The notes below the pieces were generated by a model, which searched no databases, was not told where the DNA came from, and worked only from the letters and a program-made list of their open reading frames with translations. The position numbers and the translations under genes were made by a program. Below, piece after piece: positions 37,052-46,751 of a DNA stretch of 64,000 bases; position 1 is the first letter of the stretch, and each line of letters opens with the position of its first letter. The DNA comes from a virus (lineage: Duplodnaviria > Caudoviricetes), in the IMG/VR virus record IMGVR_UViG_3300006033_000027, positions 1,322 to 65,321 of that record, one strand, 5' to 3'.

Positions 37052-37641
37052 GCGAGCTATTCGGTCTGGGTGGACTCGCCCGGGCAGGCAAGGACACGGT
37101 GGCGGATTACCTCGTGTCCGGGTACGGCTTTGTCAAGATCGGCATGAGTGACCCGCTGTGGGACGTGCTCCTGACTCTTGACCCCGTGGTGGAGTTCGTC
37201 TATACCGGGCTCGAACACGTCACCCCCGAACGCAGAGTCTCGGACATCTTGGATATGCTGAACGACGACCGCACGGAAGCTAAGTCTCAGTTCCCCGAGA
37301 TCCGCAGGCTGCTCCAGGTTCTCGGAACGGAGGTGGGCCGAGCTATTGACGAAGATCTCTGGGTGAACTTGATGCTCGACAAGGTGACGGAGACCATGAA
37401 CCGAGGCTCTAGTGTCGTGGTCACCGGGATTCGGTTTCCCAACGAACTGGAGGCTATCGGGGCGGCGGGAGGATGGACTGTCTGGGTAGAGCGGGCTGCG
37501 GAAGGAGTCGGCGCCGGTAACCATGCCAGTGAAACCTCCGTCGAGGACGCAGATTTCGAAATCCTCATCGAGAACAACGGAACACTCGGGGCTCTCTACC
37601 ATCAGGTAGACCGTTTCCTGGGGGAGGCGAGTATCCGATGA
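37048..37641 (+). CDS. Deoxynucleoside monophosphate kinase
   Basis: GLARAGKDT..RRLLQVLGTE..RFPNE..HASE. Confidence 0.9.
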   Translation: MSELFGLGGLARAGKDTVADYLVSGYGFVKIGMSDPLWDVLLTLDPVVEFVYTGLEHVTPERRVSDILDMLNDDRTEAKSQFPEIRRLLQVLGTEVGRAIDEDLWVNLMLDKVTETMNRGSSVVVTGIRFPNELEAIGAAGGWTVWVERAAEGVGAGNHASETSVEDADFEILIENNGTLGALYHQVDRFLGEASIR

Positions 37642-37743
37642 CCGCTCCAAAGGGTCTGTTCATGCAGACGTTCACCGGGCCGGGGACTCGGAGCCTGATG
37701 AGCTTGAAGACTGTGATGTCTGCGGCTCGGTTGTGAGGATGCT

Positions 37744-38274
37744 GTGAACGACATCGTCCTGAAGACGATCCACGGCAGCCACCTGTATGGCACTGCGAAC
37801 GAAAACAGCGACCGGGACAACTACATTGTCTACCGATCTCGGATGAAGCCCGTGCAGACCATCTCCAGCGACGGGCAAGACCGCTTGGAGATCGGCTGGC
37901 CCAACTTCGTAGAACAGTGCAACCGCGGTGTACCGCAGGCATTGGAGGCCATGTTCTCCCCGAAGGCGACCATTGACGCCTACCCGGAGTTCCGGGCTCA
38001 CTACTTCGCGGGCGGCGCCGACGTGTTCGACCTCTTTCAGCGAAAGATCAAGTCGTTCTTCCTAGATGAGCGTGATCCGGTCAGGTACAAGAAGCATTCG
38101 ATCCGCCTCGCCCTGGAGTTGCGAGATCTGCGCTCTTGGGGTAGATTCAATCCTGTGCTGACCCCGGAACGACTGACCACGATCAACTACATCATGCACA
38201 CCCCGGGCCTGACCCTGGAAGGTGTCTACGACCTGGCAACCCCCAGCATGTTCGAGAAGGAGCAAACGGACTGA
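37744..38274 (+). CDS. Pol-beta superfamily nucleotidyltransferase (RlaP/YcgL-like)
   Basis: HGSHLYGTANENSDRD..G.P..LE..KH..RL. Confidence 0.8.
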   Translation: MNDIVLKTIHGSHLYGTANENSDRDNYIVYRSRMKPVQTISSDGQDRLEIGWPNFVEQCNRGVPQALEAMFSPKATIDAYPEFRAHYFAGGADVFDLFQRKIKSFFLDERDPVRYKKHSIRLALELRDLRSWGRFNPVLTPERLTTINYIMHTPGLTLEGVYDLATPSMFEKEQTD

Positions 38275-38741
38275 TGAGTTTCCTCGTATCCATCGACCCC
38301 GGTGACCGCGGTGGAGACACCGGCATTGTCATCCTGGAGTACCAGTTCAACCAGGCCGCGGAACTCTACGTCGATTTCACCGTCCCCGGGGGAACCGAGA
38401 ACTTCTCCTACTGGTTGGAAGAGAACGCTGCCTCCACCGTGGAGTGGGCTCACATCGCCACCGTGATCGTTGAGGACTTCGAGCCTCGCCTTGGAACCCC
38501 CGTGAAGTCCTACGAGCCCGCTCAGATCGTCGGAATCTGCCGGTACCTGTGGAACGCCACCCCGGTCACCCCCTCGGGACGGAAGACCGCCGTACCCGAC
38601 AAGGTTCTGGACCGACTTGGGCTGTACGACTTCCCCGGCGATCACCACGGAGACCGGCGCGAAGCTGCCCGGCACGCGGTTCGCTGGCTGAAGGATAACA
38701 ACCACGCCCCCACAATGCAGAAGGGTTGGCCCGATGAGTAG
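38274..38741 (+). CDS. RuvC-like RNase H-fold nuclease
   Basis: SIDPG..TG..IVEDF..D..EAARH. Confidence 0.7.
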   Translation: MSFLVSIDPGDRGGDTGIVILEYQFNQAAELYVDFTVPGGTENFSYWLEENAASTVEWAHIATVIVEDFEPRLGTPVKSYEPAQIVGICRYLWNATPVTPSGRKTAVPDKVLDRLGLYDFPGDHHGDRREAARHAVRWLKDNNHAPTMQKGWPDE

Positions 38742-38749
38742 GAGGAATC

Positions 38750-38902
38750 ATGGTGTGCGAGAAGACCGGCAAGAAGTCATACTCGTCCATAGCTGCGGCT
38801 CGGAAGGATCAAATGCACCACGGACGCCGGATGCGTTTCTACCGTTGTCCGCATAACCCCAACCATTTCCACGCCACCAAAGAGTTCGACAAACTCAGAT
38901 AG
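38750..38902 (+). CDS. Small zinc-finger protein
   Basis: MVCEKTGKKSY..YRCPH..HFHAT; AGGAGG SD. Confidence 0.6.
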   Translation: MVCEKTGKKSYSSIAAARKDQMHHGRRMRFYRCPHNPNHFHATKEFDKLR

Positions 38903-38914
38903 AATAGAGCAACC

Positions 38915-39130
38915 ATGCAACTAGATGATGAACAGATCACCGATCTCGCTATTGATCTCGTGAACGACCTGCTGGACGATCTGGTAGATCTCTCCATGAT
39001 GACAGTGGACGAATTTCTGATCGACAACACCGATCACGACTACGATCAGGACGATCTCGATGAGGTCCACGATACCGCGGTGGAATACCTCCGCAATATC
39101 CAGAAGTACTGGCCGGAGGCCATGGCGTGA
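38915..39130 (+). CDS. Very acidic small protein
   Basis: About 22 D/E versus 2 K/R in 71 aa; TAGAAT just upstream. Confidence 0.7.
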   Translation: MQLDDEQITDLAIDLVNDLLDDLVDLSMMTVDEFLIDNTDHDYDQDDLDEVHDTAVEYLRNIQKYWPEAMA

Positions 39131-40383
39131 GCGCCCCCGCATCGGAGTTGCTGGACAACCCGGATTATGTGTCTGATCTGAAGAACGACGACCTCTCCAG
39201 TCGCCAAATCGCTGACCGATGGGGCACCGGCAAGTCCACGGTGAACGATCACCGCAAGAATCTGGGTACGTCCCGGCCCCAGAACGAGAACTCCCCGACC
39301 AGCGATTCAGAGACGCATCGCCCGGACGGGTCTGCTGACTACGTTCTCTCCAGTGACCGAGCCTGGGGTTTCAAGGACTTCCGCGAGTTCATCCGCTCCA
39401 AGGGTCAGGACCCCGATCAAGTCACCTTCACCTGGGGTGTCACCACCAACCCCACGGGCGGGTTCTGGAACAAGCTCAACAACGTCAAGCCGATCCCCAG
39501 CAGCGACAAGGTGCTCCAGGATCTCTCTGACATTCGGGACATCATCGAGGACTATACCCCCAGAAAGGCCGTGTACGCCGATCTGAGCGACTTTTCTAAG
39601 GTCAATGGACTCTCGGACCTCCAACTGGGTAAAACGGACGACCTGGGCGGCACAGAGACCACCGTGACCCATGTACTGCGTGCGCTGGACTGCGAGTTGG
39701 AAGATATCGACCGCCGCAAGCCCAAGCAGGCGGTCATCGTGGACGCCGGAGACCTGATCGAGAACTTCTACAACACCTCCAGCCAGCGACAGACCAACGA
39801 CATGCCTCTGACCGAGCAGATTCGCACCGCCCGGGTGCTTCTGGCCCGGTACATCAAGGAGGTCGCCCAGATCTGCCCGAACGTGGCATTCATCACGGTT
39901 CCGTCGAATCACTCAATGGTCCGCGTGGACAAGAAGAGCCCGGCCTCCCACCCGAACGACGACCACGGCATCGACATCAACCATGCACTTGAAGAGGCGT
40001 TCGCTGCGTCAGGCCGATTCCCGTTCGTGCAGTTCATCCGCCCCGCTACTCAGTGGGACGAGAGTGTGGGCTTCGAGACCGCGGACGGAACCAAGCTCGG
40101 TGTGGTCCACGGGCATCAGTTCTCCAGCCCCGAGAAAGCCGCTCAGTGGTGGCAGGGGCAGGACCACGGGCGCCAGGCTACCTCAGATGCCGATATTCTG
40201 TTGCACGGTCACTACCACACCACGGGACTTCGGCAGTCCGGCAACGCTCGCTGGATCATCAACCTGCCGTCCAGTGATGTGGGTTCGGCCTGGTTCCGCA
40301 ACCTCACGGGAGAGACTTCCAAGCGCGGTGTTCTGACGTTCGATGTCAGCCACGGTATGTGGGCGAACCTGGATATCCGCTAG
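39127..40383 (+). CDS. HTH plus metallophosphoesterase (Mre11-like)
   Basis: SSRQIADRWGTGKSTV HTH; DLQLGK, GDLIE, SNH, HGH, GHYH. Confidence 0.85.
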   Translation: MSAPASELLDNPDYVSDLKNDDLSSRQIADRWGTGKSTVNDHRKNLGTSRPQNENSPTSDSETHRPDGSADYVLSSDRAWGFKDFREFIRSKGQDPDQVTFTWGVTTNPTGGFWNKLNNVKPIPSSDKVLQDLSDIRDIIEDYTPRKAVYADLSDFSKVNGLSDLQLGKTDDLGGTETTVTHVLRALDCELEDIDRRKPKQAVIVDAGDLIENFYNTSSQRQTNDMPLTEQIRTARVLLARYIKEVAQICPNVAFITVPSNHSMVRVDKKSPASHPNDDHGIDINHALEEAFAASGRFPFVQFIRPATQWDESVGFETADGTKLGVVHGHQFSSPEKAAQWWQGQDHGRQATSDADILLHGHYHTTGLRQSGNARWIINLPSSDVGSAWFRNLTGETSKRGVLTFDVSHGMWANLDIR

Positions 40384-40453
40384 AATCCAATAGCTCAGTG
40401 CCGCCCAAAGTCGCGTGGTGTCTGTCACATTAGTTCCCACTTGGAACCTTTTC

Positions 40454-40473
40454 TGGCATCCCCGGCAGGATTC
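40454..40473 (-). pseudogene. 3' fragment of an HNH-split tRNA
   Basis: GAAT CCTGC CGGGGAT G CCA; pairs with the 5' fragment at 40889-40908. Confidence 0.6.
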
Positions 40474-40858
40474 AGTCCTTCAGACCCCGAGCCCGACGCT
40501 CTCGCTTCAGAAGCTTTAGATACTGGTTCTTCTTCAGCCGACAAGGTTCGCATTTGCAACCACGCTTGCCACAAACCCCCCCACCGTGGGGAACACCAAG
40601 CTCTTGGCCGGTCTTCATTTGGTGACAATCTGCACAGAGAACCTGACACTTCGCTAACTCTGCGTCACGCACCTCTTTGCGGCGAGTCCAGAGACGACCT
40701 ACTTGAATTTCCTTCTGTGTTCGGTCAACATGGTCTACCTCCAAGTCCTTTACGGACCCGCAGATGACACACTTTCCACCTTGGGATTCGATCCAATCAG
40801 ATCTACGCTTAGCATAGTATGTCCGCATGTAAGCAGCGTGACGCTCTTTATCTTGCAT
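40472..40858 (-). CDS. HNH endonuclease (tRNA associated)
   Basis: CVICG..LEVDH..KCQVLCADCH; leaderless TGCTACCAT promoter. Confidence 0.88.
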   Translation of the reverse strand: MQDKERHAAYMRTYYAKRRSDWIESQGGKCVICGSVKDLEVDHVDRTQKEIQVGRLWTRRKEVRDAELAKCQVLCADCHQMKTGQELGVPHGGGVCGKRGCKCEPCRLKKNQYLKLLKRERRARGLKD

Positions 40859-40888
40859 GTGAACATGGTAGCACAGTCTCTCTGAATG

Positions 40889-40908
40889 TGCCGTTACCCC
40901 ACGGAGAT
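40889..40908 (-). pseudogene. 5' fragment of an HNH-split tRNA
   Basis: ATCTCCG TG GGGT AACGGCA; forms a 7-bp acceptor stem with CGGGGAT. Confidence 0.55.
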
Positions 40909-40944
40909 ATTTGCTCAGCCCAGCAGCATGACGGATATAGTCGC

Positions 40945-41166
40945 CTACGCGACCAATTGCGACAACCGATCTGGCCGGAAGCCACTCCAGTGGTCCTCCC
41001 CCACTTCCACGACAGGTACAGCCAGATAGCCCAGTTCCTTGATGTGTATTAGAGCCTCGTCGCTCTCGGTCACATCAACCTCTTGGTACTCGATCCCGCG
41101 TTGGTCAAGGTATCGCTTCGACATCTTGCACTGGACGCAATCGGGCTTGGAGTAGACAGTAGGCAC
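40945..41166 (-). CDS. nrdH: NrdH-like glutaredoxin
   Basis: YSKPDCVQC..PVV..WSGFRPD. Confidence 0.92.
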   Translation of the reverse strand: MPTVYSKPDCVQCKMSKRYLDQRGIEYQEVDVTESDEALIHIKELGYLAVPVVEVGEDHWSGFRPDRLSQLVA

Positions 41167-41205
41167 AGAGGTATCCTTCGATTAGAGTGGTGTTGACAGA
41201 AAAAG

Positions 41206-41904
41206 TTATACGCCGAGCAGCGTAGCCGACCAGAAGATAGTCGAAGAGATGGCGCCGCCGCTGGTCTGTCGTAGATCCACGGAAACGGTATCACCGGCAG
41301 TAAGATACCAATTCGCGGTTACAGTTTGCGGTTGTCCCACCGTTGACGAGAAAGCACCGGAAGCCCCAAAGAAGATCCCTTGGGAAACAGCGCCATAGGC
41401 TGAATTAGAGGTTTGAAGACCGATCCGGCGACCAGTACCGGAGGCAGAGCCTCCCCAGGCAATCGAAGCATTGAAGAGCCAGTTACCCGTTTCCAGCACA
41501 GTGGCAACACCACCTGAAAAACTGATTTCGGGTGTACTAACGATAGAGGACCAAGACCCGACCACCTGGGGCACAGTAGCACTGTCGGGGACGTTGACCC
41601 CCGAATTACCCCGAGCCCAGTACGGTTGCTTATTGCGATACATGGACCACGCGGAGCCATTGTAATATCGCAGCAGATTGTCCGCCTTGATGAACGCAAG
41701 ATCCCCCTGGTTCAGCTTAGTCGGATTAGCGGTAGTCCAGTTGTCCATGTCTGTCGTGGTATCGAAGACATGATCTCGGGACACGCCCATGCGATCCAAG
41801 AACGCCGCCTGAACGCTGGCAGCCATATCGCCCAATTCAGAGTCAAGGGCGCCCGTGGCGTCATCGTCCGGGCTGTAAATGCTATCAGGTGAGGTAGTTG
41901 CCAT
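41206..41904 (-). CDS. Minor tail / receptor-binding protein
   Basis: End of tail module; C1q-like beta-rich C-terminus. Confidence 0.7.
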   Translation of the reverse strand: MATTSPDSIYSPDDDATGALDSELGDMAASVQAAFLDRMGVSRDHVFDTTTDMDNWTTANPTKLNQGDLAFIKADNLLRYYNGSAWSMYRNKQPYWARGNSGVNVPDSATVPQVVGSWSSIVSTPEISFSGGVATVLETGNWLFNASIAWGGSASGTGRRIGLQTSNSAYGAVSQGIFFGASGAFSSTVGQPQTVTANWYLTAGDTVSVDLRQTSGGAISSTIFWSATLLGV

Positions 41905-41909
41905 GTGTC

Positions 41910-42641
41910 TTACGGTCCTCCGAGAGCGATAGTGATGAGAGAATGGCCCGAAGTGCCGTATCCAGTAGTATAGTCGATGTTCTCGGGAGTTCCCGAAGTC
42001 TGATAATGCAAGATCCGGCGAGTCCGGAAAGTGTAGCTGTGGTATGCCTGTAGCGCCAGAGGTTGATTATGGTCGATCACCACGAACTGATCTACCCCTG
42101 CAACAGCAGACCCCGCGGTGGCGAACCCACCGATATAGTCGTCTCGGTAGAACGTACTCGTGGACGTGTAGTTGTCGATGACTTCCAAAGCGAGGCCCAC
42201 CCCGATTTGACTGTTCGCGTTCAACGTTCCATCCGTGGGCTTGACACGCCCCACCATACCCCAGGCTGCAAACACTCCCCCCGTGCTGGCCGTGTTCAAG
42301 GTGATCGTCGCGTCGTAGGTGCTGCTGTAAGTTGCTAGAGTGTAGTTTCGCTGAACACTAGAGGTGAGGGTGAACGTGGGGGTAGATGCGGCTGCTTCCT
42401 TGTTCAGCAGAAAGTTGACGATGGATGTCAACTGGTCCTGCTGAGTCTCCAGGATTGTTTGCTTCTCCCGTAGAACGTTGATGAGACCACTCTGTCCCAA
42501 ATCGGTAGCCGCCTGGTTCACCTGAAGTCGAGATAGGTCTTCACGCTGCTTGATCTGCTGGCGCTGCATGATGTCAGCCCAGGGCCGCACCTCTCGATCA
42601 ACGTTCGACGGCGGATAGACGATGGGGTAATCAGAACTCAT
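41910..42641 (-). CDS. Minor tail protein
   Basis: Coiled N-terminus, beta-rich C-terminus; position. Confidence 0.7.
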   Translation of the reverse strand: MSSDYPIVYPPSNVDREVRPWADIMQRQQIKQREDLSRLQVNQAATDLGQSGLINVLREKQTILETQQDQLTSIVNFLLNKEAAASTPTFTLTSSVQRNYTLATYSSTYDATITLNTASTGGVFAAWGMVGRVKPTDGTLNANSQIGVGLALEVIDNYTSTSTFYRDDYIGGFATAGSAVAGVDQFVVIDHNQPLALQAYHSYTFRTRRILHYQTSGTPENIDYTTGYGTSGHSLITIALGGP

Positions 42642-42648
42642 AGACGCT

Positions 42649-44154
42649 CTATTCTATCTCATCCCCGATAGTGAGGGGACGGAGAGACTGGTCCAGGAAA
42701 CGGCGCCCGCCCATAGCCAGGTAGTAGTCCGCGAAGGTGGGGTACTTGTTCACGATGTCGGTGATGGAAGCGTAGCCCCGAGCTTCCACGGAAACTCCGG
42801 TAGCAGTGTAGGTCACTTCCGTGGCCCGATAGATCTCCCCCTTGTAAAGGAACCGCTGTCCCACGACGAGACCGTACTCCAGGGGCATTGTGTTCTTCGG
42901 GATGAAGAACGAGAACGAGACACTGGCGCCGCCGTAGAGTTCCGCGGTGAACGCCCCGGCCTCCCACACCATAGCAGCGTTGGCGAGGAACTGGTTATCC
43001 ACCGTGATACCCACCCGGGACTCCGTGTTGGTCGATCCCGTGTTGATCGTGTACGTCTCCGGCCAGGTGATGATTCCCGATCCGACCACGTACATACCGG
43101 CATAGCTGTTGGACGAGCCCGAGGACTCCTGCCCCACGGTCCAGGTAGTTCCCGTCTTGGTTCCGATCTTCGGCCCAGTGTAGATGAGCACGAGGTCGAA
43201 CGGTGTCAGATCCCGACCGTAGGTGCTGTCTGTCACGAGATCATCGTCCTGATAGTCCGTCCAGAGCCGGATCTCCAGTCCACCCCCCGCGGTGGAGAAT
43301 GCTCCCGCCTGGGGTGCTCCAGAGGTTTCGTTGTAGACCACCGCAGAGGACTGAGATCCCGTAAACGGATAGGGCAGAGAGTTCACGAAGGTCGGTTGAG
43401 TGACGCTTTCCCAAGCCACATTGGTCTTGACCACGTTGATGATCCTCTGACCGTTCTCGATGGTCTGAGAGGCGTTCAAGTTATGCTTGACATCCGTGGA
43501 CCCCGGCGCAGGGGTGATCTTCTGGTTGATGATCTCCACCGCGACCGATTGTGAGTCGATGTTGGGCGTCAGGATCGGAGCCTGAATCAGACCGAGCCCC
43601 ACGTCGATGGGGTCCAGGCCAAACGGCTGGAGGTAGATCTTCCCACCACGGATCGAAGCCTGCACACTGTAGGCAGCACACAGTTCCTTGATCTTGTTCC
43701 ATACACTATCCCGCCAGCCGTAAGCCCCCTCCACCTGAATGGGGTCCATCACCTGGTCGTCCACTTCGATGTCGGGGATGCAGATGCGGGCATATTCCTG
43801 GATCAGATCAGGCAGAGCCGTGTCGAAGTAGTTGGGGGCACGCCGCACCGCGGAGAGCTTCTGGATGATGGAGTCCGCGGTGAATCGGGTAGCCAGGTTC
43901 GTCGGGTTGACGGAGTTGATCGTGCCCTGCCAGCCGCCCGCGGCGTCGTCACCGTAGTCGGTGTCCCGAATCTCAATATCGGTTCCCAGCAGGAAAGCAT
44001 CATCGAACTTCGAGTCCGGGATGCTGTAGGAAGCAGAGCCCAGACCACCAGAGCTATCCCCAGGAGACATCGGAGTAGCGGACTCGGTGATCGAAGCGTC
44101 AGATTCCAGACCCAGTTCCGAGCCACGGAGGTCCGGCAGGATTCGGGTCGTCAC
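42649..44154 (-). CDS. Minor tail protein (hub/Tal-like)
   Basis: Second gene after tape measure; 501 aa. Confidence 0.7.
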   Translation of the reverse strand: MTTRILPDLRGSELGLESDASITESATPMSPGDSSGGLGSASYSIPDSKFDDAFLLGTDIEIRDTDYGDDAAGGWQGTINSVNPTNLATRFTADSIIQKLSAVRRAPNYFDTALPDLIQEYARICIPDIEVDDQVMDPIQVEGAYGWRDSVWNKIKELCAAYSVQASIRGGKIYLQPFGLDPIDVGLGLIQAPILTPNIDSQSVAVEIINQKITPAPGSTDVKHNLNASQTIENGQRIINVVKTNVAWESVTQPTFVNSLPYPFTGSQSSAVVYNETSGAPQAGAFSTAGGGLEIRLWTDYQDDDLVTDSTYGRDLTPFDLVLIYTGPKIGTKTGTTWTVGQESSGSSNSYAGMYVVGSGIITWPETYTINTGSTNTESRVGITVDNQFLANAAMVWEAGAFTAELYGGASVSFSFFIPKNTMPLEYGLVVGQRFLYKGEIYRATEVTYTATGVSVEARGYASITDIVNKYPTFADYYLAMGGRRFLDQSLRPLTIGDEIE

Positions 44155-46751
44155 TGATATTCTCGCACTTCTCGCAGGGTGGCAGTCATACCCAGCAGTC
44201 TATCAGCCGCGGTCGTCGCTCCACCGTACACAGTGGACATGGGCGGGGCGCCCACGAAACGCAGCCCCATGTGGCCCTGTCCATCCACGGGAGCCCCGGT
44301 ATAGTGACCCTCCAAATTCGCGACCATGTCGAAAAGGGTGACCGTTCCGATACCGTTCAGAAAGATCTCCACGTAGGCAATGGGTGCCCCCGAGAAGGTT
44401 GCGTTGGTCCTGGTTGCGCCGTGGGGGTCCAGGAGGGTTAGATCGGTGTCCTCGGTGGTTCCGTCTCGATTGTAGGCGCGCACCGTGACCTTGCCGGTTC
44501 CTGTTGCTGAGCCGGTCGCTCCGACGTACAGGGTCTCATCCGGGGGAATGAGCAAGACATGTTTGTAGTATGCCTCATCGGGCTCGCCAGCTACGGTGTA
44601 AGTAGCTCCTAGGATGTTTGAAGTAATCCCGATACCCGCGAGAATTTCCGGTGCCCAGGAAATGCTAGTGCTAGCGTTATCAGCGCCGGTCCACTCAGAC
44701 AGTAGGCTATGCCCATCGAAGTACCCGCCCGTGTAGGGATGATCTGCGTCGGGTACTTCGACCGTGTACAGATCATTCCACCAGGAGTGTCCTCCACCGA
44801 TACGATTGCCGACCTGGAGTATCCTTTGTGACCATAAGGCGCTGATCGTGTCTGACGTGATTTCCAACAAAGTCGTGCCTGGCGCGTTCGCAGCCTGATT
44901 GCTGAATCTTGACTCATTGCCAGCCTTGGGGAATTGAACACGACGAGCGTTAGAACTGAGCGTCCCCGTCTGTGCAGCCTCCAGGGTGATACTGATACCC
45001 ACGGTGTAAACCTTATTGGAGTTGAGTCCGTTATGGCCGCCGAAGCTTTGACCTCGCACATAAATCGCTGCACTGGAGGCATTGGTCGGAATCACGCGAG
45101 CCGAATATGTTCCGGAAAGCACATTTCGGACAGACCGGATAGCCACGCAGTTTGTCAGGACGCTGGTCGGCCAGAAGTCCACGGCATAACCGCGTACACG
45201 GCTTGTGCTCGCGCCTACCGTGCCAGACCAGTCCAGGGTGAAGTCGGGGTCGTCCCATTCGGACCAATATTCTGTCAGTACCGACCCAATGTTTGCCTGG
45301 AATCCTGCAACATCTAAAGTCGATCCTATGCTTGGATGAGCACCGGCTCCACTAGAGGTCCTATAGTAACGGATTGTCGCCCATACAGCAGTAGCGGGGA
45401 CAGCAGTAGTAAGGATTCTTCGCTCAAGGGAGTTCGCGGCTTGTGCAGCATTTGCCCCGTAAACTGTAGACCCCACTATCACGTCGCTGTTGTCATAGAA
45501 GGTCACCCCGAGGGCAGTGATCGTTGACCAGGAAGGCTGCCCATATCCCGAGAATGTATACGTTTCCAGCGGGATCACTGGAATGCGGTTGCCTGTTCCG
45601 TCCGCCGCAGATGCCCCGTAATTCGAATCACTGGGGGCCGTGGTCCAGGTGACGCGATAGAAGTTCGGGAACTTACCAAGACCCGTAGTTTGGCGTGCAC
45701 CGTTAGCAGCACCACTGGTTCCGGGGGTGGCGGAGTACCCCGTTGCGTCAGCGGAGAGTTTATGATTCGGGACCTTGTTGAATGCGGGGGTAACCGTGCG
45801 CTCACCAGAGAAATAGTTCAACAGCGCATAAGGTGTGACCATGAAGCCGGAGGCATCCAGCGTGGCCCCAGCAGGCTTTACCCCTGCTGATCCGTCCCGG
45901 AAATGTACCTTGACCGCTACCGCTGTGGCCGGAGCCGCAATAACGAGAACCCTACGTTCGACTTCTCCTTGAGCATGAGGTGTAGGAGTCTCGAACGCAA
46001 AGCTCCCAACCGTAGATCCGCCTGCATTGTAGAAGGTGGCACCTATAGAGGTTTCCGCCCCAGCATAGGAGGGTCGGCCATAAGCGGATAGGTAATAAGT
46101 GGTTGCGGCCGTTACGGCTGCTCTGGCCGAGTTGTTGGACTCGCCACGAATAATATTGATAGCACCAGTTGCATCCGATGTGACGGTTGCCCGACCGAAG
46201 TTAGGGAAGTCGCCCATTCCGGAGGTTTCACGGGTAAGCGTAACTGAGCCAGAAGCTACGCTAGTCCCCCAGTTTGAGACGCTACTCGTGGCTTCCGGGT
46301 TTAGGTCGAGATTAGTGTGGACGGTTGTTAATGATCCGGCTGTCTCGCCGGAAGGGTTTGTGGCGAGGTTGGTCACCGACTGGGTTTCCTCGTCCGCCTG
46401 GTACTCCCCGGTACCGAGGGGATAGATCGGAAGCCAGTCACCGAGAGTAGTCAGGTAGGGGTCCGCCCAGTTGGGAGCGAAGAGGTTGCTGGCATACGGG
46501 TCATTGAAGTAGACGCAGCCCTTCCCCCACTTGCCCTGCTGGAAGTTCCGGATGCGCTGGAGTTCCGCGGAGGTACCCATCCACTCCAGGTCGTAGGTGC
46601 GGTGAGAGGCCAGAGATCCCGAGGTGTAGCCGTATCCGCTCTCCGTCACACCCGAATCAGCACGGCCCTCGTAGTCGGCGCCGTTCCCGATCTTGGGCGC
46701 CTTGACATACTCAGCGTGCTCCTTGGTGCCGAAATAGAACTGGCGGGCCAC
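44151..46751 (-). CDS. Distal tail-like protein with large carbohydrate-binding-like insertion
   Basis: Directly after tape measure; NLATNPS.E..YFDG..W.G..S repeats. Confidence 0.7.
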   Translation of the reverse strand: MARQFYFGTKEHAEYVKAPKIGNGADYEGRADSGVTESGYGYTSGSLASHRTYDLEWMGTSAELQRIRNFQQGKWGKGCVYFNDPYASNLFAPNWADPYLTTLGDWLPIYPLGTGEYQADEETQSVTNLATNPSGETAGSLTTVHTNLDLNPEATSSVSNWGTSVASGSVTLTRETSGMGDFPNFGRATVTSDATGAINIIRGESNNSARAAVTAATTYYLSAYGRPSYAGAETSIGATFYNAGGSTVGSFAFETPTPHAQGEVERRVLVIAAPATAVAVKVHFRDGSAGVKPAGATLDASGFMVTPYALLNYFSGERTVTPAFNKVPNHKLSADATGYSATPGTSGAANGARQTTGLGKFPNFYRVTWTTAPSDSNYGASAADGTGNRIPVIPLETYTFSGYGQPSWSTITALGVTFYDNSDVIVGSTVYGANAAQAANSLERRILTTAVPATAVWATIRYYRTSSGAGAHPSIGSTLDVAGFQANIGSVLTEYWSEWDDPDFTLDWSGTVGASTSRVRGYAVDFWPTSVLTNCVAIRSVRNVLSGTYSARVIPTNASSAAIYVRGQSFGGHNGLNSNKVYTVGISITLEAAQTGTLSSNARRVQFPKAGNESRFSNQAANAPGTTLLEITSDTISALWSQRILQVGNRIGGGHSWWNDLYTVEVPDADHPYTGGYFDGHSLLSEWTGADNASTSISWAPEILAGIGITSNILGATYTVAGEPDEAYYKHVLLIPPDETLYVGATGSATGTGKVTVRAYNRDGTTEDTDLTLLDPHGATRTNATFSGAPIAYVEIFLNGIGTVTLFDMVANLEGHYTGAPVDGQGHMGLRFVGAPPMSTVYGGATTAADRLLGMTATLREVREYQ

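Noticed and set aside
40475-40510. Pro(CGG) anticodon arm in the HNH 3' end (TCGGG CTCGGGG TCTGA)
   Set aside because: Two G-U pairs, lies in coding sequence, and the acceptor remnant does not fit tRNA-Pro; probably chance
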